A DNA stretch of 61,293 nt, counting the filler, from an uncultured Methanosarcinales archaeon (GTDB lineage: Archaea > Nanobdellota > Nanobdellia > Woesearchaeales > GW2011-AR9), in the NCBI GenBank assembly GCA_964343575.1. It is 6 parts of 4 records of this genome, joined end to end, with 100 filler letters (N's around TTAATTAATTAA, not from the genome) between each part and the next. Parts side by side here need not be neighbours in the genome. Positions count along the whole stretch, not along the records: positions 5,785 to 31,489 come from CAYFJV010000002.1; positions 31,590 to 50,142 come from CAYFJV010000004.1; 4 more parts are not named here. One strand, given 5' to 3'. Below the pieces are notes generated by a model, which did no database searches, was not told the origin of the DNA, and saw nothing but the letters and a program-made list of their open reading frames with translations. Shown here piece after piece: positions 30,152 through 38,839 of the stretch; the stretch's first letter is position 1; each line of letters starts with the position of its first letter. The position numbers and the translations under genes are program-made.

Positions 30152-30256
30152 ATGAAAAGAAGCAGTCGTCGATGGAAGAAAAAAGGCCAAATGCGTTGGA
30201 AGTGGCAGCGTAAGAAAATGAAAAAGGCCAAAAGAAGTCGAAAGATTAAGAGTTAG
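30152..30256 (+). CDS. rpl41e: Ribosomal protein eL41 (L41e), not in ORF track
   Basis: MKRSSRRWKKKGQMRWKWQRKKMKKAKRSRKIKS; BRE-TATA (GAAAATTTTATAAA) about 25 nt upstream. Confidence 0.85.
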   Translation: MKRSSRRWKKKGQMRWKWQRKKMKKAKRSRKIKS

Positions 30257-30491
30257 TGCTAGCTTCTATTGTTTTCTGGTTTTTTGTTTAGGTGTTTTTG
30301 TTCTCTTGTCACTCTTTGGTGTTGCTTTTCTGTTACTGTTTTGAGTGTTTTGCTCTTGCTCAAACCTTTTGAGAATTTGTCTTTTCTTTTGCCTCTTGCG
30401 AGAAGTTTTTCTGATAAAACTTTTTGTAGGGGTTTTTGTGACTTTTGAGTTCTCAACAATCTTTAAATAAGACTTTTTTTGTTGTTTTGCT

Positions 30492-30716
30492 ATGACGATC
30501 ACACTTTACAAGAAGGAGCACTGTCCGGAATGTATTTTGGTGGAAAGTTATCTTTTGGCGCGTAATATTATTTTTGATGTTATTTCTGTGAGTAACGCTG
30601 CGGCTATGCATGAGGTTGAGTTGCTTACTGGGGAAAGAAAGGTTCCGGTGATTAGGGCTGCAGAGAAAGTAATTGTTGGCTTTCAACAAGAGGCGCTCAG
30701 AGGATTAGTTTCTTAA
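30492..30716 (+). CDS. Glutaredoxin/NrdH-like protein
   Basis: CPEC, VPVI and IVGF motifs. Confidence 0.8.
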   Translation: MTITLYKKEHCPECILVESYLLARNIIFDVISVSNAAAMHEVELLTGERKVPVIRAAEKVIVGFQQEALRGLVS

Positions 30717-30751
30717 TAAAATTAGAATTTTTTTGCTTTTTACTTCGTTTT

Positions 30752-30985
30752 TTATCCTAGCTGGTATGGGGGACTGTATCTTGTTGCTGGCCCGTCTCTT
30801 CTCATGCAATGTTCTCTGTAAGCGTCTGCAAAAGGGCCTTGGTCAAGTAAAACCGGTGGCTGCTCTTTCCTTCGAGTTCCCTTCGCATCTAGTGCTTCTT
30901 GTGTTGCTCTTGCAAGTTTGCTCTCGAACTCCCTCCAGTCGGGGTGACACTGAGGTCTTCTTTCGTACACTGTTCCGTAAACCAT
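30752..30985 (-). CDS. Hypothetical protein
   Basis: 77-aa ATG ORF with a TATA-like sequence upstream. Confidence 0.4.
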   Translation of the reverse strand: MVYGTVYERRPQCHPDWREFESKLARATQEALDAKGTRRKEQPPVLLDQGPFADAYREHCMRRDGPATRYSPPYQLG

Positions 30986-31246
30986 ACTGAGATTATTCTA
31001 TTTTTTGTTTTAAATGTGTTGTTTTTGGTTCTGTTGTAGCGCTTGCTAGGAGTTTGTTTTTCACAGGATGGCGCAAGAGCAGAAGTGTAGTCATCGACTC
31101 GCTACAATTTTGCTAAAACAAAATGCTCGTCGATAATCGTTGGGTTTTTCTTATTCTTCCCACCCGCCACCCCTAAATTGGCGCCATCCTCATCTTAGTT
31201 GGCTGAGACTTAGTTTCCCGTCAGAAAGTGGTTTTTTTCTATAATA

Positions 31247-31262
31247 GAAAGCTTTATAAATA
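31247..31262 (+). promoter_or_regulatory. BRE-TATA promoter, probably of the rRNA transcript
   Basis: GAAAGCTTTATAAATA about 170 nt upstream of the 16S 5' end. Confidence 0.55.
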
Positions 31263-31433
31263 AGCTGCCTTCCAAGAGGAGCTACAATATGTGTGCTCAA
31301 TTAATCTTGAGTATGAAAAAGGTGATCCACAAATTTTGTGAATCGAAAATGACGAATGCAATACGCATAAATCACTTTAAGTTTTAAGTCGAATAATAGC
31401 GAGTGTATATACAAAAAGGATGTAAAACAATTC

Positions 31434-31489
31434 TTCCCCGTTGATCCTGCGGGAGATTGCTGCTATGGGAGTTCGACTAAGCCATGCAA
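31434..31489 (+). rRNA. rrs: 16S rRNA, 5' end only (contig end)
   Basis: TTCCCCGTTGATCCTGCGGGA...GCTATGGGAGTTCGACTAAGCCATGCAA matches the archaeal 16S start. Confidence 0.92.
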
Positions 31490-31589
31490 NNNNNNNNNNN
31501 NNNNNNNNNNNNNNNNNNNNNNNNNNNNNNNNNTTAATTAATTAANNNNNNNNNNNNNNNNNNNNNNNNNNNNNNNNNNNNNNNNNNNN
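31490..31589. other. Artificial contig linker
   Basis: N-TTAATTAATTAA-N. Confidence 0.99.
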
Positions 31590-31683
31590 ATTGAGGGAAC
31601 TCATTCTTGTTAGTAAAGTAGTGGTCAGATAAATACTTTTCGGCTACCCTGTCAAGTGTGTCAAGTGGATAAGTCTACGAACA

Positions 31684-31872
31684 TTATTTGTGGGCATGCT
31701 TAGTGATCTCCAGATTGCAGCTCTTGTTCTTTTTGCACCACTGCTCACATTTTTCTGCCCAAGATTTATCAGCATACCACAATAGGCATTCTTTACATTG
31801 ATATTTATCTTCTTGTTTCAAAATCATCTGAAGTTGATATAATTCCTGATCTTGATATATTTTATGCTTCAA
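31684..31872 (-). CDS. Small Cys-rich (Zn-finger-like) protein
   Basis: YQCKEC...AEKCEQWC....SCNLEITKHA; start may be the Met at 31827. Confidence 0.6.
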   Translation of the reverse strand: MKHKIYQDQELYQLQMILKQEDKYQCKECLLWYADKSWAEKCEQWCKKNKSCNLEITKHAHK

Positions 31873-32834
31873 AGCTCAAATGAACTCATCACTGGTCTTC
31901 GCTCATTCTCTGCTGGTTTGTTTTTTCTGAGTTGCCTGCTTGCATACAAGGCCCTGTTTTGCATCATGCGCTCAGCTTCCTCAATAGATATCCTGCTCTG
32001 ATTCTTTGTATTCTCAGGATTACCGTTGCTGAGGATCACTGATTGTTTGAGGATGGCTTTGAGTTCAGATATTTCATCCTTGAGGCTTTCTAATTCTTTT
32101 GATTCTTTCTGATCTTGAATGTTGAACACCTCGTTGACAATATCTCTTTTGGCTGTGAGGGATGTTGTGAGGTATCGTTCAGTGCTTCTGAGGTTTTTGT
32201 GTCTGCCAGATATTTGTGCGGCAAAGACTCCTCTGCGATCACAGATTTTCTGCAAGTAATAGTGACGTAAAGTATGATAGCTGAGAATAGATAAGGCGTG
32301 ACCGTCTTTTGTCATACCATATTTCATATCCAGTCCTGCAACCTTCCTGGTTCTGATTAGATGAGCTCGAATAGTTGCGGGGCTGAGATGTTTTTCTCTT
32401 TTGCCTCGTTTACTGGTTCGCATACGCCAGAAAATGTAGTACTCTCCTTTGAGGTCATCATGTTTATCTGGAAAGATTTTACCACATCCATTGGCGATGA
32501 TTTGTGCTTTGTATCTGATGATGTGTTGTTTTAATCGTTCCAGCATTTCATGGGGGATGATGATCTTTTCGTATCTGACTTTGTTTTTCTGATCTGGCAG
32601 GGTGAGCGTTTTATCTATGAAATCAATATCTTCTACTTTGACTTTGCAGGTTTCAATGCTTCGCAAGCCTAAGTATGCTGCGCAGTAGTACACATTTTCC
32701 CAGAAGAAAGTGTATTCACTATCTTCTACAAAGGGTACTGCGTCTATGAAGCGTTTGAATTGTTCATCTGTGATGGTCTTTTCTTTGGCTTCATTTCTGT
32801 GGCCAAAGCGCATTCTGCCATTATCAACTTTCAC
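31869..32834 (-). CDS. Tyrosine recombinase 1 (catalytic domain plus C-terminal coiled coil)
   Basis: GLRSIE (R), QKNK (K), HTLRH (HxxR), GRH and TERY (Y) catalytic residues. Confidence 0.9.
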   Translation of the reverse strand: MKVDNGRMRFGHRNEAKEKTITDEQFKRFIDAVPFVEDSEYTFFWENVYYCAAYLGLRSIETCKVKVEDIDFIDKTLTLPDQKNKVRYEKIIIPHEMLERLKQHIIRYKAQIIANGCGKIFPDKHDDLKGEYYIFWRMRTSKRGKREKHLSPATIRAHLIRTRKVAGLDMKYGMTKDGHALSILSYHTLRHYYLQKICDRRGVFAAQISGRHKNLRSTERYLTTSLTAKRDIVNEVFNIQDQKESKELESLKDEISELKAILKQSVILSNGNPENTKNQSRISIEEAERMMQNRALYASRQLRKNKPAENERRPVMSSFEL

Positions 32835-32992
32835 GTTTTTATCACCCCTTTCTTTACTAGGGAAGTGTTGTTAATAAACGCAGTGTCCCCATATCAAGTC
32901 TAATGCAACACAAGGAGAAAATGCCTGTTTTGTGCGTGTTTTGAGAGGGGATATACACTTGACAGGTCTGTGTCAAATGCATTCTTGTTTGT

Positions 32993-33014
32993 GCTGTCAC
33001 AGCGTTGTGACAGC
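32993..33014. promoter_or_regulatory. Perfect 9-bp palindrome in the divergent intergenic region
   Basis: GCTGTCACA-gcgt-TGTGACAGC, next to CACTTGACA-N6-TGTCAAATG. Confidence 0.5.
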
Positions 33015-33124
33015 TCGTTATCATCGAGAAATAAAGGTTTTATCATGACAAGATTTATATAGAAGGATACCTTTACAAGTCTCACAATGTATAGACCCTT
33101 TACGTATAAACGAGGCGAGAAACC

Positions 33125-33292
33125 ATGCCAGCAAAAGTAAGAATAAAACCAAAGACACTCACTGTTGATCCTGAATACATCGAAGTAAAAACAGTCACGC
33201 CATCAGGCAATGGTGCAGTCATTCCCTACACAAAAAAGTACGTAGGAAAGGAGGTATATGTAATACTAAAAGAAAAGTGCAAAACTAAGTAA
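33125..33292 (+). CDS. DUF2080-like transposon-associated small protein, not in ORF track
   Basis: 55 aa: KTVTPSGNGAVIPYTKKYVGKEVYVIL; GAGG SD-like sequence upstream. Confidence 0.7.
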   Translation: MPAKVRIKPKTLTVDPEYIEVKTVTPSGNGAVIPYTKKYVGKEVYVILKEKCKTK

Positions 33293-33370
33293 AAAGAAGA
33301 AACGGGGCTGAGACCCCATCGCTAAACAGTGTCTCAACCCCTAGAGTAAAACCTACAGGAGGTAATACCC

Positions 33371-33682
33371 ATGAAAGGAAGAAAAAAGAAAGCTGGATAT
33401 AAAGTTATCGATACAGATAACACAACAAGTTCTGAAAAAACTGAACTGCCGCATCGAGAAGTCTGCTATGACATTCTCAAAGAAAACGGCAAACCAATGC
33501 ATTACAAGAGAATAACAGAAGAAGTTCTCAAACGATGCAAAAGCGTTGGATCAACACCACAAAACACCATGTTTGCTCGAATGAGCACAGACAACAAAGG
33601 AAGATTCAAACGCTTAGGCAAAGGAAACTTCTCCCTAACCGAATGGGACAAGCCAGTGGAGGTGAGCGAAAATGCTCACTGA
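33371..33682 (+). CDS. HARE-HTH winged-helix protein
   Basis: ILKENGKPMHYKRI...TPQNTMFARM...F...GKGNFSLTEW; GGAGGT SD. Confidence 0.75.
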   Translation: MKGRKKKAGYKVIDTDNTTSSEKTELPHREVCYDILKENGKPMHYKRITEEVLKRCKSVGSTPQNTMFARMSTDNKGRFKRLGKGNFSLTEWDKPVEVSENAH

Positions 33683-34028
33683 AACAGGGATTATTGAAAA
33701 AATCAAACCCAGAGAAAAAACCTACAGCGTAGCTCTGAACAAGCAATGGTTTGGAGGGTTTGGCAAATGCCCAGTACAAGAAGGCGACACTGTAACGATT
33801 GAGTATAAAGAGAATGGCAAGTACAAAAACATCACCAAGATAACAAAAAATACTGAACAGCCAAAGCCATCTCTGTCAACTTCTACAGCGAATGATATCA
33901 GACTGCAAGTTTGTGTAAAAACAGCAGGCGGAGTGTTTGCAGGAACAAAAGCAACACCACAAGAAGTCAGTAGTTTTGCTAAAGCATTGTTTCAAGAGTT
34001 GTGGGGTGAGAACAATGCCAACTTGTAA
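33672..34028 (+). CDS. OB-fold putative ssDNA-binding protein (mobile-element type)
   Basis: GIIEKI...EGDTVTIEYKENGKYKNI beta-strand pattern; GGAGGTGA SD. Confidence 0.45.
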   Translation: MLTETGIIEKIKPREKTYSVALNKQWFGGFGKCPVQEGDTVTIEYKENGKYKNITKITKNTEQPKPSLSTSTANDIRLQVCVKTAGGVFAGTKATPQEVSSFAKALFQELWGENNANL

Positions 34029-34302
34029 ACAACAAGTTGAACTCTTTCTCTCAGAAGAGCAATGGAACAAAGCAGACGTACATGAACAGTATGAGAAAGA
34101 TTATGTAAAGCTCATTATGTCCAATACGGAGGGTGACTTTGACATTGATCTAAAGAAAAATATTGTTGAGCTTGGATTTGGTTTTTTCAAAGTAAAAATT
34201 CCACGAGATGCTTTTCTTGTTGAAGTTGGCAGAGCATTACTGGATGAATGTTGTGGAGGTGAGTTTACAACATGGCTCATGAAGCAAAACAAAAATCAAT
34301 AA
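34015..34302 (+). CDS. Hypothetical protein
   Basis: GGGGTGA SD before ATG 34015; overlaps neighbours in operon. Confidence 0.6.
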   Translation: MPTCKQQVELFLSEEQWNKADVHEQYEKDYVKLIMSNTEGDFDIDLKKNIVELGFGFFKVKIPRDAFLVEVGRALLDECCGGEFTTWLMKQNKNQ

Positions 34303-35156
34303 CCGAAGCTCAGTTTAATATGTTCATGCAAGCAGTCAGAGATGTTGAATCAAGATATGATTCTGATTATGTAAAGTTTTGGGAGAACATCTTTTACTGT
34401 GCAAGCGAGATGGGTCTTCGAAGCATAGAAACAGTCAGAATAAAAGTTGAGCATATTGATTTTGTTGAAAAGACATTATTGCTTCCTGAGCAGAAAAATA
34501 AAGAGAAGGGTGAGAAGATTATCATTCCAAATTTCATGATCGAGAGGCTCAAAGATCATATCTTAACGTACAAATCTCAGATAGTGCTTTCAGATAATTA
34601 CATTTTTTGGAGAATGAGATACGGTCGCAGTTCACGATGTGGCAGACCACCAATATCAGGCAACTATTCAAACACTGGCTTGAAACATTTAAGCCCAGGA
34701 ACTATTCGAACCAGAATGATTAGGATTAGGAAAGCTGCAGGGCTTGATCATAAATATGCAACATCGCAAACAGGGCACAAATTATCAGTTTTGAGTTACC
34801 ATACGCTAAGACATTATTATCTTCAAAAGATATGCGATTCTCGAGGTGTGTTCGCTGCACAAATCTGTGGTCGGCACAAGAATCTAAGAAGTACTGAGAG
34901 GTATATCAAGACAAGCATGAAAGCAAAGAGAGATATCGTAAATGCTGTCTTTAATACAACTGAGGAGAAGCACAACAAGGACATCAAAGATTTGAGAGAG
35001 CAGATAACTGAATTAACCAAGCTTGTGAAAGTTGTAATTACACCTCAGTCAGAAGCATGTACACCACCAACTGAAAACATCGCTGAGGAAGAAGCAATTG
35101 CTCTTATGAAGAATCAGATTTTCATGAAGCACAATCCGAAGAAAGTGGTGGATTGA
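34272..35156 (+). CDS. Tyrosine recombinase 2, paralog of 31869..32834
   Basis: GLRSIE, QKNK, SYHTLRHYYLQKICD and GRHKNLRSTERY shared with recombinase 1. Confidence 0.9.
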   Translation: MAHEAKQKSITEAQFNMFMQAVRDVESRYDSDYVKFWENIFYCASEMGLRSIETVRIKVEHIDFVEKTLLLPEQKNKEKGEKIIIPNFMIERLKDHILTYKSQIVLSDNYIFWRMRYGRSSRCGRPPISGNYSNTGLKHLSPGTIRTRMIRIRKAAGLDHKYATSQTGHKLSVLSYHTLRHYYLQKICDSRGVFAAQICGRHKNLRSTERYIKTSMKAKRDIVNAVFNTTEEKHNKDIKDLREQITELTKLVKVVITPQSEACTPPTENIAEEEAIALMKNQIFMKHNPKKVVD

Positions 35157-35191
35157 AAAATAAGATAAAGAAAGAATTATGGAGGAAGAAT

Positions 35192-35380
35192 ATGGAATTA
35201 CCTGCAGAAGAAATCCAAAATGAGAAGCAAGATAGCATCGAGATCAGCAGAACTGCTAAAGGCACGTACACTTGGAAGATTAAGAGGTACTATGATCACA
35301 GCAAGACAACCCCAGAGATGATTATCAAGCAAGTTGAAGAAATTGATCGAGAGTTGAAAAAGAAGTTTAGAGAACAGTAG
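35192..35380 (+). CDS. Small hypothetical protein
   Basis: GGAGG SD before ATG 35192; SIEISRTAKGTYTWKIKRYY. Confidence 0.55.
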   Translation: MELPAEEIQNEKQDSIEISRTAKGTYTWKIKRYYDHSKTTPEMIIKQVEEIDRELKKKFREQ

Positions 35381-35382
35381 TG

Positions 35383-36708
35383 TTATTTCAGATATCCTAC
35401 TTTCTTTATACCATAAAGACCTTCAAACATATCAAGAAGTTTGGTTTGAATAAATCCTCTGAATAATCGACTGATGCCTGATCCGTCTTGAAATTTTTCT
35501 TTTGAAGTACCTTCAATAAACGCATCAAGCCCTTCGCCTTCAAACATTGCACCGACTAGATGTTGCTTGATTGTATCGTAACTTGTTGAGTGAGGAATTC
35601 TTGTCATTACTCTTGCAATATCTCGATGAAAGTATGGTGCTTCTAATCGTATGCCATAATGTGCAAATATTTTGCCCATTCTAGCAGTGGCATGTTTTGG
35701 CAATCCACCTCTACCTAATTGTCGATCAGTCTTTTTCAATCCAAATGTTAATGCTTCTCTAAATTGCACATCACCTTTATCGTGAGTAGGATATCCTGAT
35801 TCGCTAGGATTAAATCCATAATCATTGATCATTTCATTAGGACCTTCACCACAGAAAACGGTTGTAATTCCTTCACTTGTAATAGCTTGACCAACTAAGT
35901 ACATTGCGACTGCACAAAGTAAGTTATCCTTTTTTGGGTTACCACTTATCTTTAAAGATTCAAGAACAGCATCGTCTAAAATAATATTGTCAGCTACTGT
36001 TTTACTGTAGAGAAGTTTTCTTTCTGGACTATATCTTTGAAGTGAGATTGATAAGCCTGTTTCATTTTGATCGACTTTTACTTCGGCTAAATCAATTCCA
36101 AAACTTCGAGCAAGTTCTCTGCTTTTAACAACATCTTGATCGTCTTCATTAACTTTCAAGGTAAATGCAGTGACTGTCTTATCAGTAGTTTTTGAAAGCA
36201 GATATCCTACACTCATACTATCTAATCCACCAGAAAGCAGCAATCCTACGCTAGAATCTGTTACCTGTCCTAGTCTTTCGTCTAGTGACCCTTGTAATAA
36301 TGTTCTTACCGTCTTTCCTACGCTAGAAATATCTGTATAATCAACTGGATTTGGTGATTCATAGGCTTGTAGTGTTGGCCCTCTTTCTTCTTCTCTTGGT
36401 GATGCAGAGATGAATGCTGCATCATCGATAGTTGTTCTTGTGTTATTTGATACTGCTCTTACTCGTTCCCATACAAAATTTCTTTGTTGCCCTTCTAGGT
36501 ACTCTTTGATGTCTGTGATATTATTGGCTACAAGTAATTCTCTGGCCCTGATGTCTGAATAATGATGAAGAGGGTTCTCTCCTAGAAAGTCCCTTTCTAA
36601 CGCAACTTCATCATCGCTTTCTTGGAGGTTTGAGAAACGATAATCTAGATTAGGGAATGCATCTTCTCTTCTGAGGTCTATTACTGCGAATGATTTCATT
36701 TTAATCAC
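35383..36708 (-). CDS. Asparagine synthase-like ATP pyrophosphatase lacking the N-terminal glutaminase domain
   Basis: LLSGGLDS PP-loop, CGEGPNE, EAPYF and KEKFQDGSG; no N-terminal Cys Ntn domain. Confidence 0.75.
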   Translation of the reverse strand: MIKMKSFAVIDLRREDAFPNLDYRFSNLQESDDEVALERDFLGENPLHHYSDIRARELLVANNITDIKEYLEGQQRNFVWERVRAVSNNTRTTIDDAAFISASPREEERGPTLQAYESPNPVDYTDISSVGKTVRTLLQGSLDERLGQVTDSSVGLLLSGGLDSMSVGYLLSKTTDKTVTAFTLKVNEDDQDVVKSRELARSFGIDLAEVKVDQNETGLSISLQRYSPERKLLYSKTVADNIILDDAVLESLKISGNPKKDNLLCAVAMYLVGQAITSEGITTVFCGEGPNEMINDYGFNPSESGYPTHDKGDVQFREALTFGLKKTDRQLGRGGLPKHATARMGKIFAHYGIRLEAPYFHRDIARVMTRIPHSTSYDTIKQHLVGAMFEGEGLDAFIEGTSKEKFQDGSGISRLFRGFIQTKLLDMFEGLYGIKKVGYLK

Positions 36709-36800
36709 TATTTGATAGTAGTAGCTTATATATTAAACTTATTTCTATTATTTTTTACAAAATCGCTATATTTATATAGTGTTAGCGATTAGTTTAAAGA

Positions 36801-37784
36801 ATGGTCGATAAGTTGGATTTTAAAGATCGAAAAATACTCTATCAGCTAGACATAAATTCGAGACAATCTAACTCTGAGATTGCCAAGAGAGTTGGTTTAT
36901 CAAAACAAGTAGTGGGATTCAGACTTAAGCGCCTAATAAAAGAGCAAGTAGTCTCTTTTTTCTATTCAGTCATTGATATCTCCAAACTAGGCTTTACTGT
37001 TCACAAGAACTTTCTGCGCTTGCAGAACCTATCAAGAAGAAAGGAAAAGGAGCTCATTGAATTCTTGAAGACACACCCTAATGTTGTCTGGATCGCAAGT
37101 TGTGATGGGATGTTTGATCTTGCGTTTGGAACCTGGGCTAAAGATATGACTTTTCTTGATAAAACACTCACTGAACTCAATAAGAAGTTCGGTAATTATA
37201 TCTCTGAAAGGCAAATTGCTACAATCATTAAAGGAGAATATTTCGTTAGAGACTATTTGATAGGAAAGAAAGAGCCAAGTGCTTATCGAGAGTCATTCTT
37301 TGGGGCTGTACCATCGCCTGTTAAGATGGATATGTATGATTGGAAAATCTTATTGCATCTCGGTCAGAATTCTCGAAATACTGCTGTGGATATTGCTCGT
37401 GAAATTAACTTGAGTGCAGATGCTGTCGGTGAACGCATTAGAAAACTTGAGAAATCTGGAGTTATTCGACATTATAACATTGTACCTAATGAATCAAAAT
37501 ATCCCTTCCAACATTACAAAGTCTTAATCAGCTTTCGAAATATAACAGAAGAGAAAGAACGAGCACTAAGGGAATATTGTAGAATCAATCCAAACATTGT
37601 GTATGTTGTTAAGTCTCTTGGCCCTTGGGAATTTGAAATTGATTTAGAAGTCGAAAGTGCTGAACAATTTAGGGAAATAATCATGGATGTCAAAAGCAAG
37701 TTTAATGACATTCTCAAAGATTATTCTGCATTGCACATTTATCAAGTACACAAGTATAATTTCTGTCCAAGTGTACAACTATAA
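36801..37784 (+). CDS. Tandem double Lrp/AsnC transcriptional regulator
   Basis: Two D.KIL..L..NSR....IA..V/I.LS...V..R HTH-RAM units. Confidence 0.88.
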   Translation: MVDKLDFKDRKILYQLDINSRQSNSEIAKRVGLSKQVVGFRLKRLIKEQVVSFFYSVIDISKLGFTVHKNFLRLQNLSRRKEKELIEFLKTHPNVVWIASCDGMFDLAFGTWAKDMTFLDKTLTELNKKFGNYISERQIATIIKGEYFVRDYLIGKKEPSAYRESFFGAVPSPVKMDMYDWKILLHLGQNSRNTAVDIAREINLSADAVGERIRKLEKSGVIRHYNIVPNESKYPFQHYKVLISFRNITEEKERALREYCRINPNIVYVVKSLGPWEFEIDLEVESAEQFREIIMDVKSKFNDILKDYSALHIYQVHKYNFCPSVQL

Positions 37785-37827
37785 TCCTAGAAATCTCTTA
37801 ATCTTTCCCCACAAACTCAGTTTTACT

Positions 37828-38115
37828 TTAATCTTGTGTGGGCTTTTGATTTTTTGCAGTGTTTTCTTTTTTGCCATGTTTCATCCTCTTGTTGATTTCT
37901 TTGTTTAGGAAGTTTCTGAAGGTGATAAGGTCTTTGGTTCTGTGGTTTATTTTGTATTTCATGCCTACTCTGTGCATGTTGATGAGTTCTTTGAGGCTTA
38001 CAACGAGTCCTCCTTTGCTGGATACTTTGAGTTGTTGCATTCTATCTTCTCTTTTTGAAGTGAGTGAGGAATGTTTGTCTGAGTCCTTCCTCCCACATAA
38101 TATACACTTGACCAA
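37828..38115 (-). CDS. Hypothetical basic protein
   Basis: ORF only; start uncertain (possibly MQQLK). Confidence 0.4.
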   Translation of the reverse strand: MVKCILCGRKDSDKHSSLTSKREDRMQQLKVSSKGGLVVSLKELINMHRVGMKYKINHRTKDLITFRNFLNKEINKRMKHGKKENTAKNQKPTQD

Positions 38116-38198
38116 GTAGTTTTGATACTGCGTAAAGTATCCAGATCAGTGCGGCATTAAGACTCATGGTTTTTATGAGCAATGCAATGATGAGGATT

Positions 38199-38426
38199 TC
38201 AACCAGTAGATTCATTGTGTTCCTCGCTGTTTTCAGCTTCTTCTATGGCATAGTTTCGTTTGAGTTCTTCAACTGATGCTCTTAAACTATTGATCTGGCT
38301 GTCTTTGTTGGCAAGTTGGTTGCTTAGTTTTGAGAGTGCTGCTGTGAAATCTGATTTCATTGTTTGTTGATTTTTCTTTAGGGTTGTAACTTCTTGTTGT
38401 AGTGATTCTAGTTTTTTTTCATTCAT
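38199..38426 (-). CDS. Small coiled-coil protein
   Basis: Heptad pattern; GAGGTGA SD. Confidence 0.6.
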   Translation of the reverse strand: MNEKKLESLQQEVTTLKKNQQTMKSDFTAALSKLSNQLANKDSQINSLRASVEELKRNYAIEEAENSEEHNESTG

Positions 38427-38533
38427 TCTTTTTTCACCTCTGTTTTTTTATCCACAGTGTGAAGCAGAGTTTGTGGAAGGCAAAGAGTTTGTTTCTTTTG
38501 CCTACGATGATTCCTGGCTCTTTAACTGTGGGG

Positions 38534-38770
38534 TTAAGTGGTTTTTGGCAGTGGTGGCATTGGTTGTTTGACATAAGCTTTGATGGGGCCAATCTCTGTG
38601 ACAGAGATGCCTGTGTTTTCTTGTTGGAGTTCTGCTAGGAGTTTGCTGGTGAGGTTCCAGCTTCTGTTGATCTCGTCAGAGATGTGTCTTGCTGTCTTTG
38701 CTTCTCCGTTGAGACAGATGAGAATCTGTTGTTTTATTCTCTGACGGGTTTCTTTGGTTATCTTGCTCAT
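38534..38770 (-). CDS. Small winged-helix DNA-binding protein
   Basis: ILICL....KTARHISDEINRSWNLTSKLLAEL HTH pattern. Confidence 0.6.
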   Translation of the reverse strand: MSKITKETRQRIKQQILICLNGEAKTARHISDEINRSWNLTSKLLAELQQENTGISVTEIGPIKAYVKQPMPPLPKTT

Positions 38771-38839
38771 ATTGCTTCACGCTGAAAGGTTTGCTATAGA
38801 AGAAGCAGTATTTTTTTCTTAATATTATTTTAGAAGGGA

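Larger units (their letters stand above)
31648..32966. repeat. 12-bp perfect inverted repeat flanking recombinase 1
   Basis: CCTGTCAAGTGT (31648-31659) and ACACTTGACAGG (32955-32966). Confidence 0.8.

Noticed and set aside
30259..30502. Two Lys-rich minus-strand ORFs
   Set aside because: Likely by-products of a T-rich intergenic tract; no motif support
31063..31086. CAGG-N10-AGCAG resembling SRP RNA helix 8
   Set aside because: The inner 10 nt cannot form the stem-GNRA-stem, and the flanks do not fit SRP
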